From NCBI RefSeq assembly GCF_009914755.1, contig NC_060937.1: DNA of 64,000 nt; one strand, 5' to 3'. Both the position numbers and the translations under genes were made by a program. The notes below the pieces were generated by a model. That model was not told where the DNA came from. It was given only the letters and a program-made list of their open reading frames with translations, and did not search any database. Source of the stretch: the human T2T-CHM13v2.0 reference genome, Homo sapiens. The first letter of the stretch is position 1; every line of letters begins with the position of its first letter. This document shows, one piece after another, positions 27,930 to 40,300 of the stretch.

Positions 27930-28225
27930 TTCTTTCTTTTTTATTTATTTATTTATTTGAGACAGAGCCTTGCTCTGTCGCCAGGCTGGAGTGCAGTGCG
28001 CGATCTCAGCTCACTGCAACCTCCAACTGCCTGCAACCTACTTCAGCCTCCCAAGTAGCTGGGATTACAGGCATGCACCACCACACCCAGATAATTTTTA
28101 TATTTTTAGTAGAGATGGGGTTTCACCATGTTGGCCAGGCTGGTCTTGATCTCTTGATCTCGTGATCCAGCCGCCTCGTCCTCCCAAAGTGCTGGGATCA
28201 CAGGCATGAGCCACCACACCCAGCC
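27930..28225 (-). mobile_element. AluSc with an internal deletion-insertion
   Basis: ctgtcgccaggctgg and ttgatctcttgatctcgtgatcc; TSD gaggcagatttct at 27917-27929 and 28227-28239. Confidence 0.95.
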
Positions 28226-29040
28226 AGAGGCAGATTTCTAAGGCTGCCTGCACCTGCCTATCCATCTTGCAGATGCTACGATACAACTGATGTCCTGGCT
28301 CTGTCAATCCAAAGCTTGTCTTACAGCCTGAGACAGCATGATGGGTTCTCAAATGTCAGAGACAATGGTGAAGCCCCTTGTGGTGCCCACCCATAAAGAA
28401 CTCGAAATCATCAAGGAGCTTTCCTTGATTTGTGCTGAGTTCCCCAACTCATAGAATGTTCAAGATTAAATTTTTCTCCAGCAATTTTCCTACAAATTAG
28501 AAACACTGTAGAGCAAGTTACCACTTCAGATGTCCTAATAGATGCTGTTTTTATATTCAGTATTCATGGATTTACATTGTTTGGCCCACCTAGATGCTTT
28601 CCTGACTCACAGGTCTTGGAGTGCATAGAAGGTGAAGACCGTGCTGAGCTCTGGCAGGATGCTCAGGCATGTTGCTATTTTTCTACTGTAGCGCAGTCTA
28701 CAAAATTGTGGAGTTTAAACATGAACGCTGTGAAAGCACTTCATGCCTTGTTAAAAAGTAGTGAAAATCTCATAGAATCTAAACCCACACTTAGCACTTA
28801 TGCACTGGTGTGAATGGGAAGTGCTTGGCAAGTCACTAATTTTTGACAGTGTAACTGAAAGGTAGGACAACCCACAGGAGAGAAGAAAGAGCCTATGCTT
28901 CACCCACAACGCTCCTGTGAGATCACAGGAGGCTCACTGTGAAATCGTGACTATTCATACTGCAAATCATCCTTAATCAAAGGACGACCATGTGGGACCT
29001 AAGTCAGACATCAAGTTTATGTTTTAAGTCATTGGATTCT

Positions 29041-29318
29041 GGCTGGCACAGTGACTCACGCCTGCAATTCCAGCACTTTGGGAGGACAGGTGGGAGGATT
29101 AATTGAGGTCAGGAGTTCGAGGCCAGCCTGAGCAGCTCCATTTCTACAAAAAATAAAAAACTAGCCAGGTGCAGTGGCGCACACCTGCAGTCCCAGCTAC
29201 TCAGGAGGCTGAGACGGGAAGATTGCTTGAACCCAGGTGGCCGAGGTTGTACTGAGCCATGATTGCACCGCTGCACTCCAGCTTGGGCAACACGGCAAGA
29301 CCCTACCTTCAAAAAAAA
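29041..29318 (+). mobile_element. AluJ
   Basis: ggctggcacagtgactcacgcctg ... gagccatgattgcaccgctgcactccagc ... caagaccct; TSD-like cattggattct / catttgattct. Confidence 0.93.
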
Positions 29319-29412
29319 TCCATTTGATTCTATTTACTTGCAGTAAAATTATCCCTAAATCATTTTTATTGGATGAGATGTAATTAAACTTTACAATATT
29401 TCCAGTATCACC

Positions 29413-29414
<2 letters not shown>

Positions 29415-29445
<31 letters not shown>
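29415..29445. repeat. Poly(T) tract (~31 nt)
   Basis: Uninterrupted T run. Confidence 0.95.
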
Positions 29446-29449
<4 letters not shown>

Positions 29450-29842
29450 GGAGTGTAAAGCTCTCTAAAACAAGATGTAAAACTGACATGGCTCAAGCAT
29501 GTAAACTGTATGAGCCTCTCGAGCTGACTGTGGGCTGGTGACATGCTAACACCTCCCTCTCAACTATTCCCCAGCAGGTTAAATACGTCTAGCAGAATCT
29601 GAGGGGTCTACAGATTGTTATTCCTTGAAAAAAAAATAGGAATTACTATATTACAAGTACTCTCTAAAACTTGACTCAGCACTTAACACCTCCCAGCCAT
29701 TGTGTTGTATGCGTCTCATCCATTATTTTACCTAAACATCACGCCAGCTCTCTCAGGACAACCATTTCCCCAGTCTTATGTAATACATAAAAAAACTAAG
29801 ACTTGGAAAATGTGTGGAAGTTATGCAAAATCACAGCTATCC

Positions 29843-29990
29843 ACTTAATTTTTCTGAGCCTCAGTTTCCCCTTCTGATAAGAATTCTCACAACACTATCT
29901 CAGAGGGTTGTGATGGAGATCAAATAAAATTGTGTATGGCAGCCCTCTGCACAGTAACTGACACACACTAAGCATTTAATAAAAGCTGCA
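29843..29990 (+). mobile_element. MIR
   Basis: cacttaatttttctgagcctcagtttcccc...gagggttgtgatggagatcaaataaaatt...ctgacacacactaagcatttaataaa. Confidence 0.8.
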
Positions 29991-31129
29991 GTAAACCAGA
30001 ACGCTTTATTAACTAGAATACACCATGATCCTGAACAGGCCACATAAAAAGAGCTCAAAGAAACATATGCAAAGAATGTGGGCAAATGTATTTTCAGGTT
30101 ATCGGAGTCTTTAATTACACTCGCAGGGAGATTGAAAGCCTGCTTTCGCAGTGCTTTTGACAGCAGAAAACAAAGTGTGCTTTTTTCTCTCTCTCAGCCC
30201 ACGGCTCTGTGTGTAAGGGAATGGTGTTTGAGAGCCAATGTTCGAGGAAGTAAGGAATCATTTTGAGGACCCAGATGGGGAGTCGTGGGAATAGGCCAAA
30301 AGCTTGTCAAAATTTCAACGTGGTTAAAAAAAAAAATCACAAAAATCACTTAACCACACAAGTTTTAAAGTACATTCTGACAATTTCCTTAAATAAGGGC
30401 TGTATCTACAACAGATCTGATTTAAAGTATATTTTATGCATTCAATTGTCGAAAATCAACTCCATTCTGCACAGATTGCCATATTTTTTCATAACAAATG
30501 ATCAGAGATAGCATTCTTAAGAAAGCCCACCCAGAAGATGTTAATTAAGAAATATTGATATTTTCCCAGGGTTTTCTCATTAATGTCACTCAGTTCATAG
30601 AGGCAAACATTCTAATTTGAGGAAGCAAGCAGGAGACTGCACTTTATTTATTCTTTTCACGTATTTCTTCTCAAGTATTTATAACCATTAGAAAAGAAAC
30701 AAACTTTGCATTTGCATGTTGACAACCAAACAGGACAAATAAGAAATATTTGTCACAATTCTCCACATATCCTAAATAGACTCCAAAGAGGAAGGCACTG
30801 AAGGAACTTCTCTAAATATAGTCAAATGGCAAATTAACCTAAAACTCAGCCGAGTAAAGAATAACTTGCTCCTACTTCCTCAACACCTAACCTGAGTTGA
30901 GACTAATTGTGCCTCTGTATAAAAAGGCCTGGTGTTTTCTTTGATGGGCTAATATACATGAAACTTTGGCCAGAAATGGTTTTGTGCAAATGGTTTGCAT
31001 CGCCTGCTCACCAAGTGTTTACATCCACTCCAGGAATAATCAAAGATATTAACCTCTGTGCACACGTCTTCAGCCAATGCTGATATTAACATTTTGAGGA
31101 ATAGTCTGAATCAAAACAATAAAGCATTT

Positions 31130-31300
31130 TTCCATTCAACAGATATTTTAGCACCTTCAATGTACAAGCATTCTGCTACGTATTTAGACAAAATAGAGGT
31201 GAAAACATCAGTGGCATGTCACTCAGGAACTTGAGATCTAGTTACCAGAGTATACAACTAACTTAAACCTGTACCCCCAGAATATAATGAAGGGCAACAG
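31130..31300 (-). mobile_element. L2 3' fragment
   Basis: ccattcaacagatattttagcaccttcaatgtacaagcattctgcta...ctcaggaacttgagatctagt. Confidence 0.6.
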
Positions 31301-31599
31301 AAAAGTAAAAGAGTGGTAAGATTTCAAGACGAGAAAAAGACTTTTTTTAGGTAAGTGTGAGTCTTGGCTATCATAGTGGTGATTAGATCCCTGGGTCTGC
31401 ACGACTTCCCTTCATATTATATAGCCCAGGGTGTGGTCTTTTCATCTTTTAAAAAATTTTTTTTCTTTACTCATATTTGCTGTTGTTGCTGTCATTTCTG
31501 TAAGGTAAGGATACTGGAATGGTCTTATTTCATAGACATTAAAGTAATAAAAGCAATTTGTTGACTGAAAATCAACTGCAAATGTTTATTTAGAAAGAA

Positions 31600-32130
31600 C
31601 ACGTTATGTAAACAAGGAATGAAACCTGATTTTCTAACATTCAGGAGAGTGATTTGGCAACACACAGGAAAACAATAAAAGTAGCCATATTAAAAACTCA
31701 GTAGTTCTTCTTTATCACAGAATTTTACTGAAAGATGTGAATGGAGATTAATGTTCACAAGGCTTTAAATATGTCCATTTACATGCTGTTTATAATAGAG
31801 AAAAGTTGGAGTAAGCCTGAAAGTCCAGCAGTGGTGGCCTAATTAAGCACATTATTGATATTTGCACTGTAGACTACTCTAGAGCCCCTGAAAATTACAT
31901 GCTGGAGCACATGAAGTCTCTGAACGAATTCTGAGTTTATATTGTTCAACGCAAAAAGCAAACAGTAATGTTGATTGCAATGTATGTTAATATCTTCAGC
32001 TATATGAATAGAGAGAGGAAATGGGGCAGCCATGTTTATCTCCAGGTACTGGGGTCAAAGCCATGGTGGGCATTTCTGTTTATCTGCAGAGATTTTTTTT
32101 GTCTTTAGTTTTAATCCATGAATATATATT
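31600..32130 (+). mobile_element. L1ME-type fragment (old)
   Basis: ggagagtgatttggcaac...tgctgtttataatagagaaaagttggagtaagcctgaaagtccagcagt...ctgtagactactctagagcccctgaaaatt. Confidence 0.55.
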
Positions 32131-33429
32131 ACTCTAAGGGGGAAAAAACATATCTGTCAAGATAAAAAAAATACTTAGCTCCCAAAGTAAAAGCAAAATC
32201 AAACAAAAGCAGATAAAAACAAAAACCCAGAAATATTCATTATATAAACCCCAGATTCCCTCTATGGCTCCAACATGGCCAGACTCCTTCCTTCATCTCC
32301 TCTGAAGTATTACAGGTCCTTCGTGCTTACAACTTCATGCCCACTCCTACGGAATTCATAAGCTTCCCAGAAGTGTCGCATCAAACCCTGTGCAAAGTGA
32401 TTTCCTCCCATAGCCACCCCCACTCACAGCTCAGAACTTGAAAGGACTGAACCTCCATTTCAAGGAAGTCATTCCCAGTGGACTCTCCTGAAACCCTGTG
32501 GGTCTTTCCCACCTGGAAGAAGTAGGGTGTAGGGTGGTTTGGGAGATGGTCTTATTTTCAGAGCAACAAGCCCTTTTCCTGCCTCCTCCCACTGCCTGAC
32601 CCTGGCAGGACGAATGGCTCTCAAGGTAAAAGCTCCACTTGCCTCTCCAAAGGGTCACGACTCATCCATTCCTGGTGGGGATGCTTGTGGGTGACAATCA
32701 CACTGCCTCCCATTCACTGAGTAATTACAGTTGGAGACATTACAGCTTCAAACACTGAACAACTGAGATTCTGAAAACCCTTAAGACAGGAAAACTATAA
32801 ACATTAATAATTAATTTGCTTTGACAACTGCTTCTTCCTTTTTCAGGCATTTACAGTCCATCACCTTAAGTGCAAGCACATTGCTCGTAGCATCGCTGAG
32901 AACTCCGCAAGGATTAAAAACCAACAAAAAAGGATGCAAATGGCTTACTAGAAGAGATTTACTAGTGGCGGGGGGATTCAGTGAATCCACTATCTACTCT
33001 GAAAGAAACATGCTCCTTCCAATCTCTCCTCTGTTGACTGAAATCCACAGATGTCCGAGCCAGCCCTCTGCAGTGCAGATGCAGCCCCCAAAAGACTGGA
33101 GCCCCTGCAGTAAGGACATTCAAGCAGTAGCCATCAGAGATGCTTTGAATAATCAACTTTCCACCAACGCAGAAGTAAATGAACGATAAGCAATGTAAAC
33201 ACATAAAGACAGCCAGAAATTGAACAAATAATCACAAACAATGGGAAGCGAAATAAGAAAAAAGAAAAGTAAAGAGGACTAAAGGATTTGGGGTTTCTTT
33301 CCGGCTATTTTTATGACTGTTTCTTGAAATCTAGCTATATTTTTGAAAGGGGAGTGGGAGAGAATTTACATTGACTCCGTGTACTCCAGATTTTTTTTTT
33401 TACTTCTCCGATTTAACCCTGCACCACTG

Positions 33430-33540
33430 TGTCTCAAACGAGGAAACTGAGGCTCCAGAAGCCAAACAGCTAGAAAATGATAGAGTTGGACTAAAACAAA
33501 GGGCTGTTTCTTGGGCTTGGAAGTCCATCTTCTTTCCATC
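33430..33540 (-). mobile_element. MIR fragment
   Basis: gaggaaactgaggctccagaa...cagctagaaaatgatagagttggactaaaac. Confidence 0.6.
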
Positions 33541-35899
33541 AGATCACATTGAGATACCTCTCATGGGCTAGTTGTTTGATGATCAAATGAGTTTTCATTC
33601 TTGTGTTTACATGGGAAGTGTATGTAAATAAACCAGTCATTTGGGTCCTCTGAATTCATTTTGAAATCTTTAAGCCTGCTTTGCTCTGTGATTTTGCTTC
33701 ACTATTGGCCTTTGCACTGTGAAAGCACATGCATTTCTTTCTATCCAACAAGCGCAGTAATACTTACTAATGTGCCTGTTTTCCAGTAAGCTATCAGTAC
33801 ATTTAAAATAAAAACCTTAAGGTCCTTTTCACTTAATACCAAGTAGCAACTGAAGACTTAAATGGATTTGTTCTTTCTGCATTCAGCCCACAATGATTGA
33901 TATTTACCCTTTGGGAGCCACCTTTGCAACCAGGGCTTATGGTGTCATTTTTCTTTACGCATTTAGGGATATGATTTAGTAATGATTATATTCCAACATT
34001 TTAAATGATTAAGACAAATATTGCTACTGTTTTGTTTCTAAAGATTGATGAAGAATTTGATATTCAGTATATCACACAGTCTACATATATAAACATGGTA
34101 GTCTGCATATATAAACATAATAGACAATATTTGGTATAAAATTTAGTTCCACGTTGAAGGGCATCAGCTTAGTGATTCCATGAGTCAAAAGTTCACTTTT
34201 CTGTTTCTCCGGTTTCTGACACTCGGTTCTTCTGCAAAGGTGGAGGTCCAGGATATCTTCTGCCTCTCAGCTCTTTACTTGAGAAACACCCAAGGCTGGC
34301 CCCTGCCGAGCTCTGCAGGAAGACTTCAAGTGCAGTAGGGCCCCTCTGTGCAGCCAGGGCCCACAGGTGATGCTGCCACACATTTTCGTCTTATTCCTTG
34401 ATAATGAGAAGTATTTGGAGATGCAGAGAGCTCCAGCATGGATAGTGCAGGCTAAAGAGGCAGTTTGAAGAAGTGGTACCTGGGGATTTGCTCTGAGCCC
34501 CAAAGCCATGTGAGGTGAGAGCCTTTCACAGGGGTGAGCCTGGTGACTCCACAGCTGTTATGTCAGCAGAGGTCAAAGAGGGCAATTCCTGACTTGTCAA
34601 CCAATACCATATCCACAACGGCAGGAAAAAGGAAGTCCGTTTTTGTGAAGACAATGTAGACAAAGGGCAGCAAGAGGCTCCCAGCTCAGACATTGGAAAG
34701 GGACAAAATAGACCATTTCTTTTCATCTCCCCTTCTGTGTGTGCCCCGTCCCTCTCTTCTTTAGCTTCTCCGCCCATAGCTTGTCTTCCTAGACCTGATC
34801 AGCTGGTCACAGCGATAAGGTTGGCCAACAGAATCTCTTCCCCCTGTCAACACACAGGAAATACCAGTCAGTACTTTCTCTCTGAAGGCCATCTTCATCA
34901 TATCACTCTATTGTTCAAGAAATAGTCTTGAGTCCCCACTATCTTCTAAAAGTATAAACTCTTTAGTCCAGTTCTCAAGATTCTCCATAATCTAGTTTTA
35001 CTGATCTAGCACTCTCTTTTTCCACCAGGCTGTCAAATTTACTTGGGGTACAGGGGCTTCTTCAACGAGTTTCATTGGAAATCCCACTTATGTGTTGTGT
35101 CTATAATGGTTTTATTAAAAAGCCTTCCAAAGCACAGCTTTGAGATGGAGAGCAGAGTTCTGTACTATAATCAGCAATGCTCTAGTTAGGTTGTTGGTGC
35201 TGCCTGTGAAATTTAAATCTCAAGACAATAGCTGATGTTCCTCATGTGAAGGTTGTCAAAAGACCCAGGCTGTGAAATGTGGACAGAAAGACACCATGTT
35301 ACAGCAAATGCATGGGGAGCAGACTGTCAAGAGTCTAGAATATCAGGGTTCAAGATCTTTGATTGTGTTTGGTTCAATTATAATACACCTACTATTCATA
35401 AAGCACTATGCTTTTGTGTTTGGGACTCAGGCAGAATGGACACAATCTTCCTTATTTTGCAATATGGAGCCTAGACTCTGGGTTTCCCAATCCTTGGGCC
35501 AGAAGCAGGCAGAACTTAGACCCTTTGCTCCAGACACAGCACAGGTGTGGGAAGGAGGCCAGGGGAGAACCCAGCTCTTTGAAACAGGCCACCAACTCCA
35601 GCTGCCATTCCAAGTACAAAGAAAGGCTCTGGAGAGACTACCCAATGCTTACCTAGTTCCTTAAAAGAATTTTAATTCCCTGTTTTGCTACAATATTTTC
35701 CACATAATCCCATCCTCATCCCCAGATAGCTATCTGTTATTTTTACTATTTTATGTTCATTTAAGTTTCTTCTGATAATGACATCTTAATTTTTCTCTAG
35801 GTTACAAATCACCTTTTCTTAATCTCAAGTCATGAAATTTCCAGTAGGATCGATCCCAGCTCCAGCTCCCTGGGGTGCAGTAGTTTGTAATTCATTCCT

Positions 35900-36210
35900 T
35901 CCCAATGGGCAGATTGCCTTCCCTCGGCCATGGCTAGGACCACCATGATTCACTCTGACTCATGCACAGCAAATGAAAGTGTTACTGAGGCTGCTGAGAG
36001 ACGGGGCACTCTCTTTGCTCTGTGAGATTTGAATGGGCAAAGCCGGTGGTGGTCCTGTTTTCACTGCACAAATCTGAAAATGAAGCCAACATTGGGCATA
36101 ATAGATCCAAGAGATATCAAGAAACTGCATCTTGATGACATAAATTGGGCCCTGAATCCAGCCATGTATGAAGTCAGAGTTACCCATATACTTTTTTTTT
36201 ATAGGGGATA
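35900..36210 (+). mobile_element. MLT1K/L-type LTR fragment
   Basis: ctgaaaatgaagccaaca...cttgatgacataaattgggccctgaatccagccatgtatgaagtcaga. Confidence 0.55.
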
Positions 36211-37264
36211 TTAATTTCCCTCATTTTCTTTAATCCAGGTAATTTTCTCTTTTTAATCTCTTGCAAATATTGACACAGATGTTTTGGAATGATGTACAGC
36301 AATCACTAAAGGCAGCCATGCTCACCACCCAAAGACACCCATGGACTTTGGTGACCATGTCCTGGCTTTGGTGACCTGCTCTGGACGCAGCCAATCCCCA
36401 GCTCCAGTCACCTGAAACTGGCCTGCCAGAGTTCTCATGCAACCCCTGCTACAAATCCCTATGTCCCTGGAATATATGACAATGCAACCCAGCTCACGTG
36501 ACCCAGTTTCATGTGTCATTCTAAAAGAATGAGCATCCAAAGATTAAACTATCAAAAATATTTATTCAAAAAGAAACAGAAACCAGAAAGTGGAGTGTTT
36601 AGAATAAAATTTTTAAAAAAGAATGGTAGCGACTAGAAATCCCTAAATGCATCTCCCAGTAGAAAATATTCCAAAGTCAACCAAGCTCATGGGAAAATGC
36701 TACTGATAGTGATTTTACTGAGCTCCTATTTGCAGTTCTATCCCCTAAGTTCCCTAAGTTTTTTTTAATTATTATTATATGGCTCTGTCTTCATTTCAGG
36801 CACATAACAATGAAAGCAGTTGATATATCTTAGATATGTATGAATTACATATAAAGTAATCCTGATTAAGGCTGAAGGCTTTAATTAAATGAGCAATGAG
36901 CTTTGAGCATGGATGTTCATACAAAAAGAAAATAAGTTAATTAATTTGGACAATTATTTGCTCCTGTGAACAGTGGCCTGCCCTGGGCTTTGTGCTGCAC
37001 CAGAAGTCTTACATACTGCAGTGAAAGATGGCGGAATGGCAGGGGACGGACAGAGCTCTGCTGGGGAGAGGCTCTGGCTTCTCACCACCAGTTAGGAAAG
37101 GCTCAGCCTGCAAGTTAGCACCTCTTCACCATCCATCGTCCACCCACACGGACACCTGACACCTAGACTGCAAGCTGACCTGCCCCACCTCGAAAGGCGC
37201 TCAGTACTTCACCTGGCCCCACCTGCTGTCTGACTGTACTAGATGATGGAGTTATGCTGAAGGA

Positions 37265-37398
37265 GATAAGGAGAGAAAGAGACAGAGATGGAAAGAGAGA
37301 CACATAAGAGGGAGAAAGTGAGAGCATGTGAGAGACAGAGAAAGAGAAAAAGAGAGACATAGAGAAAGAAAGAGACACAGAGAGAGACAGAGAGACAG
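37265..37398. repeat. Degenerate (GA)n/(GAGACA)n purine-rich tract
   Basis: gagagaaagagacagagatggaaagagagacac...agagagacagagagacag. Confidence 0.85.
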
Positions 37399-38311
37399 AA
37401 CATTGTGGATATATTCATGGAAGTCAAAACAACGTTAAGAAGTGAGGTGACAGTTTAGTCTCTTTCTGAAAGATATTAGTTACACTTGTGGTAATGTTGG
37501 CTAGTTTTCAGTTTTGTAAGTCTTAAAGGGAGGTAATTATATAACTTTCTTTTCTCCAGGGTTTATAGATTACAGCTTGCTAAGTCATCACTTTAAAATA
37601 CATGTATGCTTTTCCAGTCTAGAACCTATAAGAAGTGAGTTAAAAAAAAAAAAAAACAGGAGTAAAACTTGCAAGAGTAATTCAGATTAGACCATTTCTT
37701 CCTATACACCCTTACACATGCACACGTGATTATTTTTAAACTCATTTCCCTGAAAGTAATATTCTAGCCTAGCAGAGGCCAGGGTGAGTTAATTCAGGAT
37801 TCAAGGATGCTTGCCTTAGAGTAGGTCATCAAAACTACTGAGAATGATTAAGAACAATAAATGAGAAAAGGAATGGATGGATGGGTTACAGGCATAACAT
37901 TGGAACTGAAAGACCCCATACTCTGTGTCATAATAATAACCATGATCAAATCACCAATATTTAGTGTTTACTCAAATAATACAAACACAAATATTCAAGA
38001 GGGGATATGAGAAAATGTTTCTGAAGAAATACAAATTATAATTAAAATGTAATGTCATTTCCCTTATTAAAGTAATAAATATTTTAAATTAATAATAATT
38101 TATATTATTATTAATATGTTATTTTTAAATTAATAATACTTGTTATTGTTTACAACTATAAATTGATATCTGGCATTTCCTTATATTGATGGTCAGCATG
38201 AAAATTTACCCCAAATTTCTCAAATGTAAATATAATTTCATCAATCTCACTTCTTGGAATCCATCCTAAGGAAAAGCTGTTAAATACACAAAGCACTTAA
38301 GGCACAAAAGA

Positions 38312-38716
38312 GTCCATCAATGATAGACTGGATTAAGAAAATGTGGCACATATACACCATGGAATACTATGCAGCCATAAAAAAGCATGAGTTCATGTCC
38401 TTTGTAGGGCCATGGATGAAGCTGGAAACCATCATTCTCAGCAAACTATCACAAGAACAAAAAAACCAAACACCGCATGTTCTCACTCACAGGTGGGAAT
38501 TGAACAACAAGAACTCCTGGACACAGGAAGGGGAACATCACACACTGGGGCCTGTTGTGGGGTGGGGGGAGGCGGGAGGGATAGCATTAGGAGATATAGC
38601 TAATGTAAGTGACAAGTTAATGGGTGCAGCACACCAACATGGCACATGTATACATATGTAACAAACCTGCATGCTGTGCACATGTACCCTAGAACTTAAA
38701 GTATAATAAAAAAAAA
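38312..38716 (+). mobile_element. L1PA4/5-like LINE-1 3' end (~400 bp), inserted into an older L1ME remnant (~38040-38990)
   Basis: ORF2 C-terminus DWIKKMWHIYTMEYYAAIKK; 3'UTR ...gcacatgtaccctagaacttaaagtataataaa; flanks aaaagagtccat / aaaaaagttcat. Confidence 0.95.
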
Positions 38717-39349
38717 GTTCATTTCAGATTCATAATCACTAATATTTTAAAATGAGGATTAAGAGAAATGTATGTTAATATGGACACACACAAGATACAC
38801 TGTTAGGCCATTTTAGAAGCAGGTCTTTGTATGCAAATGGACATCAATATGAGTGGAATTATGTAGGACAAACAAACAAATAAAACTCATCCAAACAGAA
38901 GAACTAAAAACAAAACAGACCAAGGTGCTTATGACATGCAGGTGGCAGAACCATGGCTGACTTTTCCCTTTCCTCTTTTCAATTTTTCCAGTTCTAGCAC
39001 TGTGTATTGCAAGAGCTGCCCAAATGCTTAGCCCAACTTCAGGCTCATCTTAACTTGGCCACTTTCCACACTGCAAATGGCATTAACTATTTCAAACTCA
39101 GAACGTTAGGTAACTTTCCCTATGAAAAATGCTGCTGTCTTTCCATTGCTTATTCTACAAGGTCCCCCCTCCTCAGGCTGCTCCAGATGGCCCATCTTAC
39201 TAGGGCTCTGCCTTCCATTTTAGATGAATTCCCCTACGGCTGCCGGGTTCTGTAGGCTGACACTTATGGCTCCAGTGACCCGAGATGACATATATCACCA
39301 CTGGCCTCACTTCACTTATTCATTCCATCCTCCTATCTCTGTGGGAGGA

Positions 39350-39510
39350 TGCGTTATCATTATTCCAGCTTCCCACTTACAGAAACCAAAGCTCAGAGCT
39401 CTTGGGTGACACCCCTGTCCTATCCAGCACACAAAGGACAGAACTGTGTCCTACCCAGCACATCTAGGACAGAACTTAGGGCCATCTGATTCCAAACCAG
39501 TCCAGTCTTC
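39350..39510 (-). mobile_element. MIR fragment
   Basis: cccacttacagaaaccaaagctcagag...ggacagaacttagggccatctgattccaaacc. Confidence 0.5.
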
Positions 39511-39559
39511 CATTCCCACCACAGTTCCAAGTATGCGCTGTGTACCTCTAATTCCATTT

Positions 39560-40300
39560 TTGGCATCTGTTAGTTCCTCTTCCAGGAATGCCCTTCAACT
39601 TCGCTTCTCAGCAAACTTCTACCCAGTCTTCAAGTTCTGGGTCCAGCTGTCCTCGATATCTTTGTGGCACATTTTCAGATCACTCCAAACAAAATGAGCT
39701 GTTCCCTCCTTTGTGAACCCATACCCCTTGGATTTTAAATCTATTCAATCATTCACTTTGGCCAATGTTTAGGGAAAGTCCTTTATTCAGCTTTGTCTCC
39801 TATTAGTTTGAGAGGTAGGGATGATTTCTTATTTGCTTATTTTTTGAGCACCTGATACGGTTTGGCTGTGTCCCCACCCAAATCTCATCTTGAATTGTGG
39901 TTCCCATAATCCCTATGTGTCGTGGGAGGGACCCACTGGGAGGTGATTGAATCATAGGGGCAGTTTCCCCTATGCTGCTGTTCTCATGATAGTGAGTGAG
40001 TTCTCACGAGATCTGATGGTGTTATAAGCGGCTTTTCTCCCTTTTGCTCGGCACTACAAGGTCGAGTGAAGAAGCCGTATAAAGAAGCACATGTTTTCTT
40101 CCCCATCCGCCATGACTGTAAGTTTCCTGAAGCCTCCCAGCCATGCTGATCTGTGAGTCAATTAAACCTCTTTCCTTTATAAATTACCCTGTCTCAGGTA
40201 TGTCTTTATTAGCAGTGTGAGAACAGACGAATACAGCACCCATTAGAGTCTTGGGGCATAGGCAATATTCAATACATGTTTGTAGAATTAATGAATGAAA
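39560..40300 (+). mobile_element. L2 3' end, split by THE1C
   Basis: ttcctcttccaggaatgcccttc...aacttctacccagtcttcaag...; resumes after the LTR with gggcataggcaatattcaatacatgtttgtagaattaatgaatgaa. Confidence 0.7.
39853..40235 (+). mobile_element. THE1C MaLR solo LTR
   Basis: tgatacggtttggctgtgtccccacccaaatctc ... tgtctttattagcagtgtgagaacagacgaataca; perfect 5-bp TSD gcacc (39848-39852 / 40236-40240). Confidence 0.95.

Noticed and set aside
29415-29445. Isolated poly(T) as another orphan retro-insertion (likewise the A-run at 37641-37656)
   Set aside because: No convincing TSD found on either side
34078-34122. 22-bp tandem duplication agtct(a/g)catatataaacat
   Set aside because: Ordinary two-copy slippage event
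38088-38115. 12-bp-arm hairpin attaataataat/attattattaat
   Set aside because: Low-complexity AT sequence where such symmetry is expected
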